64,000 bases of DNA from Candidatus Latescibacterota bacterium (lineage in GTDB: Bacteria > Latescibacterota > UBA2968): positions 4,096,001 through 4,160,000 of the forward strand of contig OZ220741.1 of NCBI GenBank assembly GCA_965116885.1. Reading direction: 5' to 3'. The stretch's first letter is position 1; each line of letters starts with the position of its first letter. The notes beneath the pieces were generated by a model. That model had not been told where the DNA came from, did no database searches, and was given only the letters and a program-made list of their open reading frames with translations. This document shows positions 1 to 8,675 of this stretch, piece by piece. Both the position numbers and the translations under genes were made by a program.

Positions 1-2
1 AT

Positions 3-176
3 CTTTCCGATTCGATGGAAGCGTCGCAGGGAGTAGTCTCGGTGCCCTTGCCGCCCGATCATATCGTGGTGCTCAACAACCATTTCTGGCTACACGGACG
101 CGAGGCGTTTGAGAAAAATCCCGGTCTCTATCGTTTGCTGATGCGGCAGAGGGGATATTTCAGGAAAGAAGAATGA
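3..176 (+). CDS. glaH: 3' end of glutarate 2-hydroxylase (CsiD/GlaH family Fe(II)/2OG dioxygenase), truncated by the window edge
   Basis: Hand translation gives LSDSMEASQGVVSVPLPPDHIVVLNNHFWLHGREAFEKNPGLYRLLMRQRGYF, matching the CsiD C-terminal NNxFWLHGR...LMRQRGYF pattern; TGA at 174-176. Confidence 0.75.
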   Translation, partial: LSDSMEASQGVVSVPLPPDHIVVLNNHFWLHGREAFEKNPGLYRLLMRQRGYFRKEE

Positions 177-178
177 TG

Positions 179-631
179 CTATTCGAAACTTTCCAATGTC
201 AGAATTAGATGCTCTGGAAAGTCTGGAGGTAAGTTTGTTCGATATCGTTTTTCGCTGGTCAACCAGATACAATCAAGTTTGTTTGCCAGGACGATATAAG
301 TCGCATCGTAAAATCCGCGATTAAAGCGGATTGCAAAATCCAAAATTGTTTGTCGATCTTGTACGCTTAAGTCACAAAACACAATTGGCAATTCAGAGAA
401 TGTTCGATACGCTTCTATTGCTTGATCTGTTTCGATACGCTGCCTACCACTGCGCTGTGCCCGGGTGATAATGTGACCTAATTCATACTCGAGAATATGC
501 GGTGCATAAAAAACGATCTCTTTAGCTAAGAACCGAATGAGAAACGTCTCTGCAATATCTACCACGTCTTCGTCGTTTAAGAACCACTTAGCAGCAACTG
601 ACGCATCTAAAACGTATCTTTCATTGATCAT
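179..631 (-). CDS. vapC: PIN-domain (VapC-like) toxin
   Basis: YVLDASVAAKW N-terminal motif, conserved E in LEYEL, FYDATYIVLA motif; 150 aa. Confidence 0.85.
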   Translation of the reverse strand: MINERYVLDASVAAKWFLNDEDVVDIAETFLIRFLAKEIVFYAPHILEYELGHIITRAQRSGRQRIETDQAIEAYRTFSELPIVFCDLSVQDRQTILDFAIRFNRGFYDATYIVLANKLDCIWLTSEKRYRTNLPPDFPEHLILTLESFE

Positions 632-782
632 TTAACCGCCTTAAAATCGTACCAGAATTTACTACCACAGGACCAATAGCTTTGCGAATCTTTTTTATTC
701 GATTAAATAAATTTTTTTCTGGTGCGTTCAGTTTGCGAATATCGCCTCGAATGAGTGGTCGTGTTGTCATCTGTCCAGGCAT
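621..782 (-). CDS. Putative 53-aa antitoxin upstream of vapC (below the ORF-track cutoff)
   Basis: AGGAGA RBS, then MPGQMTTRPLIRGDIRKLNAPEKNLFNRIKKIRKAIGPVVVNSGTILRRLNDQ; overlaps the toxin start by 11 nt. Confidence 0.55.
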   Translation of the reverse strand: MPGQMTTRPLIRGDIRKLNAPEKNLFNRIKKIRKAIGPVVVNSGTILRRLNDQ

Positions 783-805
783 ATTGTTTCTCCTTTGTTT
801 TTACA

Positions 806-834
806 AATTTACGGACTTTCCAATTATTATTCAA
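806..834 (-). promoter_or_regulatory. Putative sigma-70 promoter of the TA pair
   Basis: TTGAAT-N17-TAAATT on the minus strand. Confidence 0.4.
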
Positions 835-867
835 CCTGATTAACGATTGCCTATAATTCTGCGGATG

Positions 868-3402
868 CTAAAAATTCGGCACTGGAAAATCTGGTAGCGG
901 GGTGTTGCGAAACATTTCCCATTCTGTGCGGAGGTCATTGAGCCAGGGGGGAAGGGTTTGGAGGCGCGATTCGAGTTGGGCTTCGAAGAGCGATTCTGGC
1001 TCAACTGGGCTGCCGTTGGATTCGATGACCTGGAGGGTACTTTCATTAAACGTGGCGGGATCGCCGTGCAATCCGACAATGATGGGCTGTACAAATCGGT
1101 CGCGCGCGTCGCCCGGTCGCCAAAAATCGTAGTATCTCAGAACACCTCGATGTTTGAAATTCCAGAGCACATAATGCTTGAGGTGATTGGGATAATTGGC
1201 GAGAGACGCGCCGCTGCCATACAGGATACCGCCATTGACGCGGTCGAGCAGACTTGCATAAGGTTGGGCGCCATGGGCGTCAATGCGTTGATCTGGACGC
1301 ATGTCATAACGCCAGTACACGGTTCCGGCAGAGCGACTGTTCGTGCCCGGTCCATGCCAGTGGCCTGCGAGGTCTTCTGACAGCCCGACCCATACGCCGT
1401 AACCGCCATCGCTGGCAATAGATGAATGGCCCAGATTTCCCGCTTGTGTGACGTGGTACACAGATACGGCAGAACTCAAATTTACGCGAAGGGCGCGATT
1501 GCAATTGATGAAGGATGTGCGCCGTATCCAGGAATTGATACATCGGTTGAGCCGGAGCAAACTCCAGCCGCCATCGTGAATAGCGTCTTTGTGGTGGACA
1601 AAATCATCCAGCCAGGTGCCGTGAAAGCTGATGTCTTCAACGCCGACCTCTTCAAGGTGCTGATATTCGCGCACGGTCCAGTTATGCGTGTGGTTGACAT
1701 CGGTGTGCAGGGGTTCATTGAGGCGAATCCGATTGCCCTGTATTTCGGCAATGCTGTGCTTTTCGCGTACCTGGATACCATTGGTCAGCATGGTCGTCCA
1801 GATGGATTCTGCCGAGTAGGGCGCGAGAAATTCCGGGATGGCTGCGGTGCTGTTCATATAGAGCGTAATCCATTGACCGGGAACGAGTCTGGAAGCGTCT
1901 GCTACTGTGATATAATAGGTTTCTCTATCGGCACTTTCCGCAATGGACGTCAGGGTTCTGTCGCTTGTGTTGCGGGGTTCAAAAATGAACATATAGGGCG
2001 ATGTCCACAGTTGTTCGGGATTGAGTGGCGGCATGTAGTTCACCTGCCGGATAATTGTGCCTCCGCTTCGGCTACCGCTTCCTCTGAGGACAATATTGCT
2101 GCTGCGGATGTAGATGGACTGGTTATTGTCGGTATTGGTATTGACGAGAAATTCGCCCGGGGGAAAGAAGACAATGCCGCCGTTGTTTTGCTCTGCTGCG
2201 GCAATTGTGCGTACAATGGCTGCCTGATCGGAGAGGCCATCGTTGGGGATAGCACCATAAGCTGTGACATCGAATACGTCGCCCTGGATATCTGGAACGG
2301 GTTTGTCAAAGTAGTGATAGCCCGCGTAGGAAAAATCGGGTAAAATGGGTTCTGTGCCATTTTCTTTGGCCGCTACAAATTGTGTCCAGGTGCGTGCGGG
2401 ACCAATCTGGGGGACATAAGATATCCAGTTGCTCCGCGTCTGGATAAAATCTGCAACTTGCGCCCAAATTGGGATGGGATGTGTACTGGTGGGGTCGCGT
2501 GAGGCGAGGATATCCCGAGGAATTGGCACGCGAATCCGGGTTGCTCCCGTCTGAATGGTCTGGGTTAACAAGGTCTGAGTTTCGGTTCCTACCGCAATGT
2601 TCAATGGTTGTGTGGTGTGGTTTTCAAGTGCGATGGGTATGTACCACTGCGTACCGTCAGATCCGAATCCAGCGACGAAAGTGAGAAAATCCCCAAATCC
2701 GATTTGTCCATCAGCATTGAGATCGTAGAGGGGATCGTATTCAGAATTGGTCTGGGTTGCACCGAATTTCTGGGCAAAAAGAAGAAAATCAGTAAAGCCA
2801 ACGGCTCCGTTGCCATCAAAATCGAGATGGTCAATGGAGTTTTTTTCATATACTGGCGCGTCAACTTGCCAGGAAAAGGTCTGATCGACGGTTGCAATAT
2901 GGTCGATGAACAGGCGCGCATCTGAATTTTGACTGGTTTCTGTTCTAAATGTGATGTATCGCTGGTTGTAATCGGGTTCTCTGCCCCAGTTGTCGTATTG
3001 GGGTTTTGCCAGTTCTAAAACGGCAAGTTGCCAGCCCTGGGGCGGTGTTTGTCCTTCCCAAATTGTATATACGGCTTCCATGCCGCCGACCAGGGGATAG
3101 TTGCGAACTTTGATTTTGAGGTCCTTCAGGCCATTGCCTTCTACTTTCCACCAGAAGCTCAAGCTGTGTCTTTGGGAAATGTCCTGCCCCGTGCTAAAAA
3201 AATTGTAGGTAAAGAATCCCGTCTGACCTGCGGGCAGGGAAGCCGCGATGGCAAAGCGACCCTCTGGCGCGTCTTTAGACAATTGTAAGCCACTGGACCA
3301 ACCGGAAAGATTGTCGCAATAGGTTAGCGTTTGCACCGGGTCATTGGCAAAACAAGCACAGGTCCATAAAAATACAATTGTGAAGGCGATGGTTGATCTC
3401 AT
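868..3402 (-). CDS. Secreted beta-helix polysaccharide lyase/hydrolase-like protein (pectate_lyase_3 plus DUF4955-like) with an N-terminal CBM-like domain and an internal dockerin/EF-hand-like repeat
   Basis: Signal peptide; ILPDFSYAGYH, FDVTAYGAIPNDG, VFFPPGEF and NIVLRGSG beta-helix motifs; C-terminal PVEPESLFEAQL; paired DFDGNG..GFTDF and DLNADG..GFGDF loops. Confidence 0.7.
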   Translation of the reverse strand: MRSTIAFTIVFLWTCACFANDPVQTLTYCDNLSGWSSGLQLSKDAPEGRFAIAASLPAGQTGFFTYNFFSTGQDISQRHSLSFWWKVEGNGLKDLKIKVRNYPLVGGMEAVYTIWEGQTPPQGWQLAVLELAKPQYDNWGREPDYNQRYITFRTETSQNSDARLFIDHIATVDQTFSWQVDAPVYEKNSIDHLDFDGNGAVGFTDFLLFAQKFGATQTNSEYDPLYDLNADGQIGFGDFLTFVAGFGSDGTQWYIPIALENHTTQPLNIAVGTETQTLLTQTIQTGATRIRVPIPRDILASRDPTSTHPIPIWAQVADFIQTRSNWISYVPQIGPARTWTQFVAAKENGTEPILPDFSYAGYHYFDKPVPDIQGDVFDVTAYGAIPNDGLSDQAAIVRTIAAAEQNNGGIVFFPPGEFLVNTNTDNNQSIYIRSSNIVLRGSGSRSGGTIIRQVNYMPPLNPEQLWTSPYMFIFEPRNTSDRTLTSIAESADRETYYITVADASRLVPGQWITLYMNSTAAIPEFLAPYSAESIWTTMLTNGIQVREKHSIAEIQGNRIRLNEPLHTDVNHTHNWTVREYQHLEEVGVEDISFHGTWLDDFVHHKDAIHDGGWSLLRLNRCINSWIRRTSFINCNRALRVNLSSAVSVYHVTQAGNLGHSSIASDGGYGVWVGLSEDLAGHWHGPGTNSRSAGTVYWRYDMRPDQRIDAHGAQPYASLLDRVNGGILYGSGASLANYPNHLKHYVLWNFKHRGVLRYYDFWRPGDARDRFVQPIIVGLHGDPATFNESTLQVIESNGSPVEPESLFEAQLESRLQTLPPWLNDLRTEWEMFRNTPLPDFPVPNF

Positions 3403-3441
3403 TGTGTTTTCTCGTGAATTTTATGCGAAAAAAATAGGGGC

Positions 3442-3470
3442 TGGACAATATGACCATAACTCGCTATAAT
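3442..3470 (+). promoter_or_regulatory. Sigma-70 promoter
   Basis: TGGACA-N17-TATAAT, about 40 nt upstream of ATG 3512. Confidence 0.55.
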
Positions 3471-3511
3471 ATTAAAACGGATGAATTCATCTGTTGAGAA
3501 AGGATACAAAA

Positions 3512-3769
3512 ATGGCAACAGTTGAAGAAACACAGGCGGAATTAAAGGGTCAGTTTGACCAATTTTCACACCGGCAACAACGGGTTGAAACAGAAGTAGA
3601 TAACACACGTAGCGAGTTGACACAAGCGATTTCAAATTTGAGCTACTCTATTGACAGATTGCGACAAGATTTTGGCAATGCCCAAAAGTGGCAATGGTCT
3701 TGTTTTGTCGCCGTGATCATTGCCGCATGCGCGGTTGTCGGGCTGATTGTCAATGTGTTTGGTCAATGA
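3512..3769 (+). CDS. Small coiled-coil protein with C-terminal transmembrane anchor (DUF1640/CCDC90-like architecture)
   Basis: AAGGA RBS; heptad-like MATVEETQAELK...IDRLRQDFG, then hydrophobic WSCFVAVIIAACAVVGLIVNVF. Confidence 0.6.
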   Translation: MATVEETQAELKGQFDQFSHRQQRVETEVDNTRSELTQAISNLSYSIDRLRQDFGNAQKWQWSCFVAVIIAACAVVGLIVNVFGQ

Positions 3770-3824
3770 CGGGAAATGTCTCTTGAGCGAAGTAGATAAC
3801 ACACGTAGCGAGTTGACACAAGCG
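3593..3824 (+). repeat. Perfect 36-bp direct repeat (3593-3628 and 3789-3824)
   Basis: GAAGTAGATAACACACGTAGCGAGTTGACACAAGCG occurs twice. Confidence 0.95.
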
Positions 3825-3944
3825 GTTTCGGATTTGTCGAATAAGATTGACAGTAGTTTTTCATCCCTTCGGCAATTACTGGTTACATTGATTATTGCTG
3901 CATGTGCGGTCATCGGGCTGGCGGTCACGCTTTTTGGCAAATGA
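3783..3944 (+). pseudogene. 5'-truncated tandem paralog of the 3512-3769 gene (possibly translated from TTG)
   Basis: EVDNTRSELTQA is identical to the upstream gene; the middle diverges; similar IIAACAVxGL TM end; no clear RBS. Confidence 0.45.
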
Positions 3945-3967
3945 CCGGTCACGCTTTCTATTTTTTC

Positions 3968-4007
3968 GCCCCTGTACCCCCTCGGTTCAGGGGCTTTTTC
4001 TTTTTTT
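3968..4007 (+). terminator. Intrinsic terminator
   Basis: GCCCCTG.ACC / GGT.CAGGGGC hairpin followed by a T-rich tract. Confidence 0.7.
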
Positions 4008-4175
4008 AAATAATACTTTGGCCTGACAATTGAACACTGGCAATTTGACATGATATGCCAAAAATGGGTGCTTGTCTATGCCATATCATCAGGCAGAGAG
4101 ATGGTGCAGAATATCAAAAAAAATTAAAGTGTTTATTTACAATATGTTATGATTTTTTAAAAAAATTGAGAATTG

Positions 4176-4191
4176 TGGCACGGGGATTGCA
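4176..4191 (+). promoter_or_regulatory. Sigma-54 (-24/-12) promoter of hsp20
   Basis: TGGCAC-GGGGA-TTGCA is an exact match to TGGCAC-N5-TTGCW; AT-rich tract upstream. Confidence 0.8.
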
Positions 4192-4247
4192 ACTGAAATA
4201 GGGCGAGACGAACAAGCAACCAACAACCAATAACAGGAGGTATTGTG

Positions 4248-4685
4248 ATGGCACTTATTCGCTGGCAGCAACCCCGTGAGTCTTTCGCGCTGAATCGCGA
4301 AATCGACAACCTGGTGAGCAAGTTCTGGGGCGACCTGGACACCTGGCACGGCACGGGCTGGCATCCCCGCGTGGATGTAGTGGAATCGGACCATGAATTT
4401 ACCGTTCACGCCGAATTGCCCGGGTTGAACAAGGATGATATCAAGGTGACGCTCGAAGACAATGTGCTCACAATTGAAGGCGAGCGGAAGCACGAAGACG
4501 AGCAGAAGGATAAGCAGTTCTTCCGTCGTGAACGTTCCTACGGGAAATTTAAGCGCGCCTTCAAGCTCGGCACAGAAGTACAGGCCGAGAAAATTGCTGC
4601 GAATTACAAGGACGGGATTTTGATCCTGACGTTGCCCAAGTCCGAAGCAGCAAAACCGCGGCAGATCGAAGTCGCTGTGTCATAA
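4248..4685 (+). CDS. Hsp20/alpha-crystallin small heat shock protein
   Basis: PRVDVVE, AELPG, VLTIEGER, ERSYGKFKR, YKDGILILTLPK; AGGAGG RBS. Confidence 0.95.
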   Translation: MALIRWQQPRESFALNREIDNLVSKFWGDLDTWHGTGWHPRVDVVESDHEFTVHAELPGLNKDDIKVTLEDNVLTIEGERKHEDEQKDKQFFRRERSYGKFKRAFKLGTEVQAEKIAANYKDGILILTLPKSEAAKPRQIEVAVS

Positions 4686-4694
4686 AAGTGAGAT

Positions 4695-4720
4695 GTAGGG
4701 GCAATCCCTTGTGGTTGCCC
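4695..4720 (+). repeat. GTAG-type REP palindrome
   Basis: GTAG-GGGCAATC..GGTTGCCC; related copies at 14617-14643 and 35255-35279. Confidence 0.75.
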
Positions 4721-4750
4721 GTCTCAAGATACAAGAAGTATGAAGCTAAG

Positions 4751-4794
4751 AGGCGAGGTGCGAGAGAAGAGAGATTCTCGCTTCTCGCCTTTTG
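4751..4794 (+). terminator. Hairpin between hsp20 and clpB (terminator or stabiliser)
   Basis: AGGCGAG.GCGAGA / TCTCGC.CTCGCCT followed by a short T run. Confidence 0.5.
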
Positions 4795-4845
4795 TCTTTA
4801 GGCAGGGCAGGGTAACGGATAACTGACTGATAAAGGGGAGATAAA

Positions 4846-7455
4846 ATGGATATGAACAAATTGACACAGAAATCGCAGGAGGCCGTGCAACAAGCACAAG
4901 CTATAGCACTGCGATATGGGCATCGGGAAGTGGATGGGGAACACTTGCTCGCCAGCTTGCTCGCGCAGGATAACGGCTTAGTCCCCCGTATGCTTACGCG
5001 CATGCAAGTGGATGGCGATGTCCTGAAATCGGAATTAGACAAGGAACTAACGCGGCTACCAAAAGTTTCTGGACCAGGTGTTGAACAGGACAAAATTTAT
5101 GTGACGCAGCGTTTTCAAAAGTTGTTTCTGTCAGCCCAGGCCGAAGCCGAAAGGCTGAAGGATGAGTATGTTTCAGTGGAGCATTTGTTGTTGGCGCTGA
5201 TCGGCGAGGGAGATGAAACGCCAGCAGGGCGCATTTTGAAGCAGTTTAATATTACGCGGGATAATATTCTGTCTGTTTTAACGCAGATTCGCGGCAATCA
5301 GCGGGTGACGAGTGCCAACCCGGAGGTGGCGTATGAGGCACTTGAAAAATACGGTATCGACCTGGTTGCCGAGGCGCGTGCAGGCAAATTAGATCCCGTG
5401 ATTGGGCGCGATGAAGAAATTCGCCGGGTGATTCGCATTTTGTCGCGCAAGACCAAGAATAACCCGGTACTAATTGGTGAACCCGGTGTGGGCAAGACCG
5501 CGATTATCGAAGGACTGGCGCAGAGAATTGTGCGGGGCGATGTGCCCGAATGGCTCAAAGACCGGTCGGTTTTTTCACTGGATATGGGCGCGTTGATGGC
5601 CGGCGCAAAATATCGGGGGGAGTTTGAAGAGCGTTTGAAGGCTGTTTTGAATGAAATTAAACAGAGCGATGGCCATATTTTGTTATTTATTGACGAAGTT
5701 CATACGATTGTGGGCGCGGGCAAGACGGAGGGATCTACAGACGCGGGCAATATGCTCAAGCCAATGCTGGCGCGGGGCGAATTGCACTGTATTGGTGCGA
5801 CAACGCTCGACGAACACCGCCAGTATCTCGAAAAAGATGCTGCTCTGGAACGACGCTTCCAACCCGTAATGGTCGATGCGCCATCTGTTGAGGACTCTAT
5901 TTCGATTCTGCGGGGTTTGCGCGAGCGATTTGAGATTCACCACGGGGTGGGGATTCAGGATAATGCCCTGGTCAATGCCGTGGTGTTGTCGGATCGATAT
6001 ATTTCAGATCGTTTTTTGCCCGATAAGGCGATTGATCTGGTGGATGAAGCGTGTGCAATGGTGCGGACAGAGATCGACTCCATGCCTTCGGAACTGGATG
6101 CTGTGACCCGTCGCGTGATGCAGTTCGAGATTGAGGAAGCCGCACTGCAGAAGGAAAAGGACAAGTCGAGTCGGGAGCGGTTGCAGACACTTCAGAAAGA
6201 GTTGGCGGATTTGAGGGATCAGGCTGATGCGATGCGCGTACAGTGGGAGAATGAAAAGCAGGAACTGGATGGGGTGCGAACTTTGCGAGAGGAGATTGAG
6301 CAGACAAGGCGTGAGATCGAAGAGGCAGAGCGGCAGTACGATCTCAACCGCGCCGCAGAGTTGAAACACGGCACATTACCCGATTTGGAACGGCAACTCA
6401 AAGCCGCCGAAGGTTCTCAAACGATGGATAATCGGTTGTTGCGCGAGGAAGTGACTGAGGAGGAAATCGCCGAGATAGCATCGCGGTGGACGGGTATTCC
6501 GGTGACGCGATTGGTAGAGGGGGAGCGCGAGAAGTTGCTGCGGTTGGACGATATTTTGCACGAGCGCGTCGTCGGGCAAAATGAGGCGGTTTCTCTGGTG
6601 GCCGATGCGGTGATTCGCGCGCGGGCGGGGATTAAGGATCCGCGTCGTCCCATTGGCTCGTTCATTTTTTTAGGCCCATCTGGCGTTGGTAAGACCGAAC
6701 TCGCACGCACGCTATCAGAAGCACTTTTTGATAGCGAAGATAGTATGATTCGCATCGATATGAGCGAGTACATGGAAAAGCACGCAGTATCGCGTTTGAT
6801 CGGCGCTCCTCCGGGCTACATCGGTTACGACGAAGGCGGGCAGTTGACGGAAGCGGTGCGTCGCAAACCGTATTCGGTTATTTTGTTCGACGAGATTGAA
6901 AAGGCGCACAGCGATGTTTTCAATATTTTACTTCAGTTGCTCGACGATGGTCGCTTGACAGATGCACAGGGGCATGTCGTGGATTTTAAAAATACGGTGG
7001 TAATTATGACATCAAATATCGGTTCGCCGTATTTGCTCGAGGGCGTAACCGACGATGGTGAAATCCGCGACTCTGCTCGCGATGCGGTGATGGCGGAATT
7101 GAGACAGCAGTTCAGACCCGAATTTCTCAACCGCATAGATGATGTGGTGCTGTTTAAGCCGTTGTTGTTGTCGGAAATTACCAGGATCGTAGATCTGCTT
7201 ATTGTGGATTTGCGTAACCGGTTGTCCGACAGACAGATTGACCTTACCCTTACAGAGGACACGAAGGGATTTATCGCCCGAAAAGGGTTTGATCCCGTGT
7301 TTGGCGCGCGCCCTCTCAAACGGTTCTTACAGCACGAGTTGGAGACGCGCATTGGGCGTGCATTGATCAGCGGTGATATCTCGGACGGCGCGCAGATTGA
7401 GGTGGATGTTGCAGACGGTGATCTGGTGATTAAAGACGTGGGAGAGGAGAAGTGA
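4846..7455 (+). CDS. clpB: ATP-dependent disaggregase ClpB
   Basis: Clp N-domain, two AAA+ modules ([16 protein letters not shown]), long coiled-coil middle domain; 869 aa. Confidence 0.97.
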   Translation: MDMNKLTQKSQEAVQQAQAIALRYGHREVDGEHLLASLLAQDNGLVPRMLTRMQVDGDVLKSELDKELTRLPKVSGPGVEQDKIYVTQRFQKLFLSAQAEAERLKDEYVSVEHLLLALIGEGDETPAGRILKQFNITRDNILSVLTQIRGNQRVTSANPEVAYEALEKYGIDLVAEARAGKLDPVIGRDEEIRRVIRILSRKTKNNPVLIGEPGVGKTAIIEGLAQRIVRGDVPEWLKDRSVFSLDMGALMAGAKYRGEFEERLKAVLNEIKQSDGHILLFIDEVHTIVGAGKTEGSTDAGNMLKPMLARGELHCIGATTLDEHRQYLEKDAALERRFQPVMVDAPSVEDSISILRGLRERFEIHHGVGIQDNALVNAVVLSDRYISDRFLPDKAIDLVDEACAMVRTEIDSMPSELDAVTRRVMQFEIEEAALQKEKDKSSRERLQTLQKELADLRDQADAMRVQWENEKQELDGVRTLREEIEQTRREIEEAERQYDLNRAAELKHGTLPDLERQLKAAEGSQTMDNRLLREEVTEEEIAEIASRWTGIPVTRLVEGEREKLLRLDDILHERVVGQNEAVSLVADAVIRARAGIKDPRRPIGSFIFLGPSGVGKTELARTLSEALFDSEDSMIRIDMSEYMEKHAVSRLIGAPPGYIGYDEGGQLTEAVRRKPYSVILFDEIEKAHSDVFNILLQLLDDGRLTDAQGHVVDFKNTVVIMTSNIGSPYLLEGVTDDGEIRDSARDAVMAELRQQFRPEFLNRIDDVVLFKPLLLSEITRIVDLLIVDLRNRLSDRQIDLTLTEDTKGFIARKGFDPVFGARPLKRFLQHELETRIGRALISGDISDGAQIEVDVADGDLVIKDVGEEK

Positions 7456-7476
7456 GAACTCGCTGCGCTATCGAAG

Positions 7477-7530
7477 AAAAAAAGCCCGGAAAAACTTTTT
7501 CAAAAGTTCATCCGGGTTTTTTATTTTTTT
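7477..7530 (+). terminator. Intrinsic terminator after clpB
   Basis: AAAAGCCCGGA / TCCGGGTTTT stem with long T tract. Confidence 0.75.
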
Positions 7531-7631
7531 CATCGCCTTTTTCCCCTTTACTCATGTTATTCTCCGCTGTATCATTGAAACCATATTTGTTTCATCTTGT
7601 ATATTCCATTCAGATATTTGAGGAGGTATTT

Positions 7632-8672
7632 ATGGCCGAAAGAGTAAAAGTGGCCGCGTTGGGGCTGGCGCACGATCATGTGTGGTCAAATTTGCGCGCG
7701 CTCAAAGCACTGGATAATGCCGTGCTCGTGGCTGGTGCAGATGGCAATGCAGAGTTGAGAGAACAATTTGTCGAGACAACGGGCTGTGAGCTGGTATATG
7801 ATGATTTTGAAGCGGTGCTGGACAATGAGGAGCCTGATGCGGTGTTTGTATTTACTCCGACAGCACATCACGCCGATGTGGTGGAATTGTGTGCGCCGCG
7901 CGGGATTCATGTGATGGTTGAAAAACCTATGGCAGCGACCTTAGACCAAGCGGATCGCATGTTGACAGCTGCGCGAAAGGCGGGGACGGTGTTGATGGTA
8001 AACTGGCCGACAGCGTGGAATCGCGGCATCCGCACGGCTTATCGCCTGGTGCAAGAAGGCGCGATCGGGCAGGTGTGGCAACTGCTGTGGCGCGGTGGGC
8101 ATTGCGGACCGGATGAGTTGGGGTGTTCCGAACATTTTTGCGATTTTCTATTTGATAGTCATCTCAATGGCGCAGGTGCTTTTAACGATTACGGGGGATA
8201 TGGTGCGAGTTTGTGCGTGTTGTTTTTGGGACGGCCAAATCGCGTGGTGGGAATGGCGGGGCGGCTGTTGAAAACGCATTTGCCCGTGGATGATAATGGA
8301 ATGATGATTTTGCGCTATCCAAATGCGATGTGTCGGCTGGAGATGACATGGACAGAAGCCGTGCCGAATAAGCCGCCGCACGATTTGATGTTACACGGGA
8401 CGGAGGGGACGATTATTGCGGGAAGTGATGTTGTTTTGTACACGCGCGGTAGTAAAGATGGCAAAACAATTGCGCCAGATGCATTGCCCGAAGGAGAAAA
8501 TAATGCCTCCGAACATTTTATTCATTGTATTCAATCTGGCGCATCGCCCGGTTTTGTGACTTGCGCGGATTTGTCGCGCAATGCACAGGAAATTATGGAG
8601 GCGGGGCTTATTTCTGCGACCAATGGTATTGCCATGTCATTGCCCATTGAAGATCATTTGTTCAGGGAGTAG
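7632..8672 (+). CDS. Gfo/Idh/MocA family oxidoreductase
   Basis: HVMVEKPMA motif, Rossmann N-terminus; start moved to ATG 7632 after AGGAGG. Confidence 0.88.
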   Translation: MAERVKVAALGLAHDHVWSNLRALKALDNAVLVAGADGNAELREQFVETTGCELVYDDFEAVLDNEEPDAVFVFTPTAHHADVVELCAPRGIHVMVEKPMAATLDQADRMLTAARKAGTVLMVNWPTAWNRGIRTAYRLVQEGAIGQVWQLLWRGGHCGPDELGCSEHFCDFLFDSHLNGAGAFNDYGGYGASLCVLFLGRPNRVVGMAGRLLKTHLPVDDNGMMILRYPNAMCRLEMTWTEAVPNKPPHDLMLHGTEGTIIAGSDVVLYTRGSKDGKTIAPDALPEGENNASEHFIHCIQSGASPGFVTCADLSRNAQEIMEAGLISATNGIAMSLPIEDHLFRE

Positions 8673-8675
8673 AGG

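Noticed and set aside
1426..2343. Long antisense or alternate-frame ORFs (e.g. 1426-2343, 34211-35035, 37579-38586, 27638-28330)
   Set aside because: They are shadows of well-supported genes on the other strand, with no motifs or RBS.
3593..3824. 36-bp direct repeat as a CRISPR array
   Set aside because: Only two copies, 160 bp apart, both in frame within paralogous coding sequence; no cas genes.
7452..7631. N-terminal extensions given by the ORF track (also 16419-16760, 31130-31249, 36252-36461, 53109-53222)
   Set aside because: They run through terminators, other genes or RNA structure; downstream starts have better RBS or coupling and match family N-termini.
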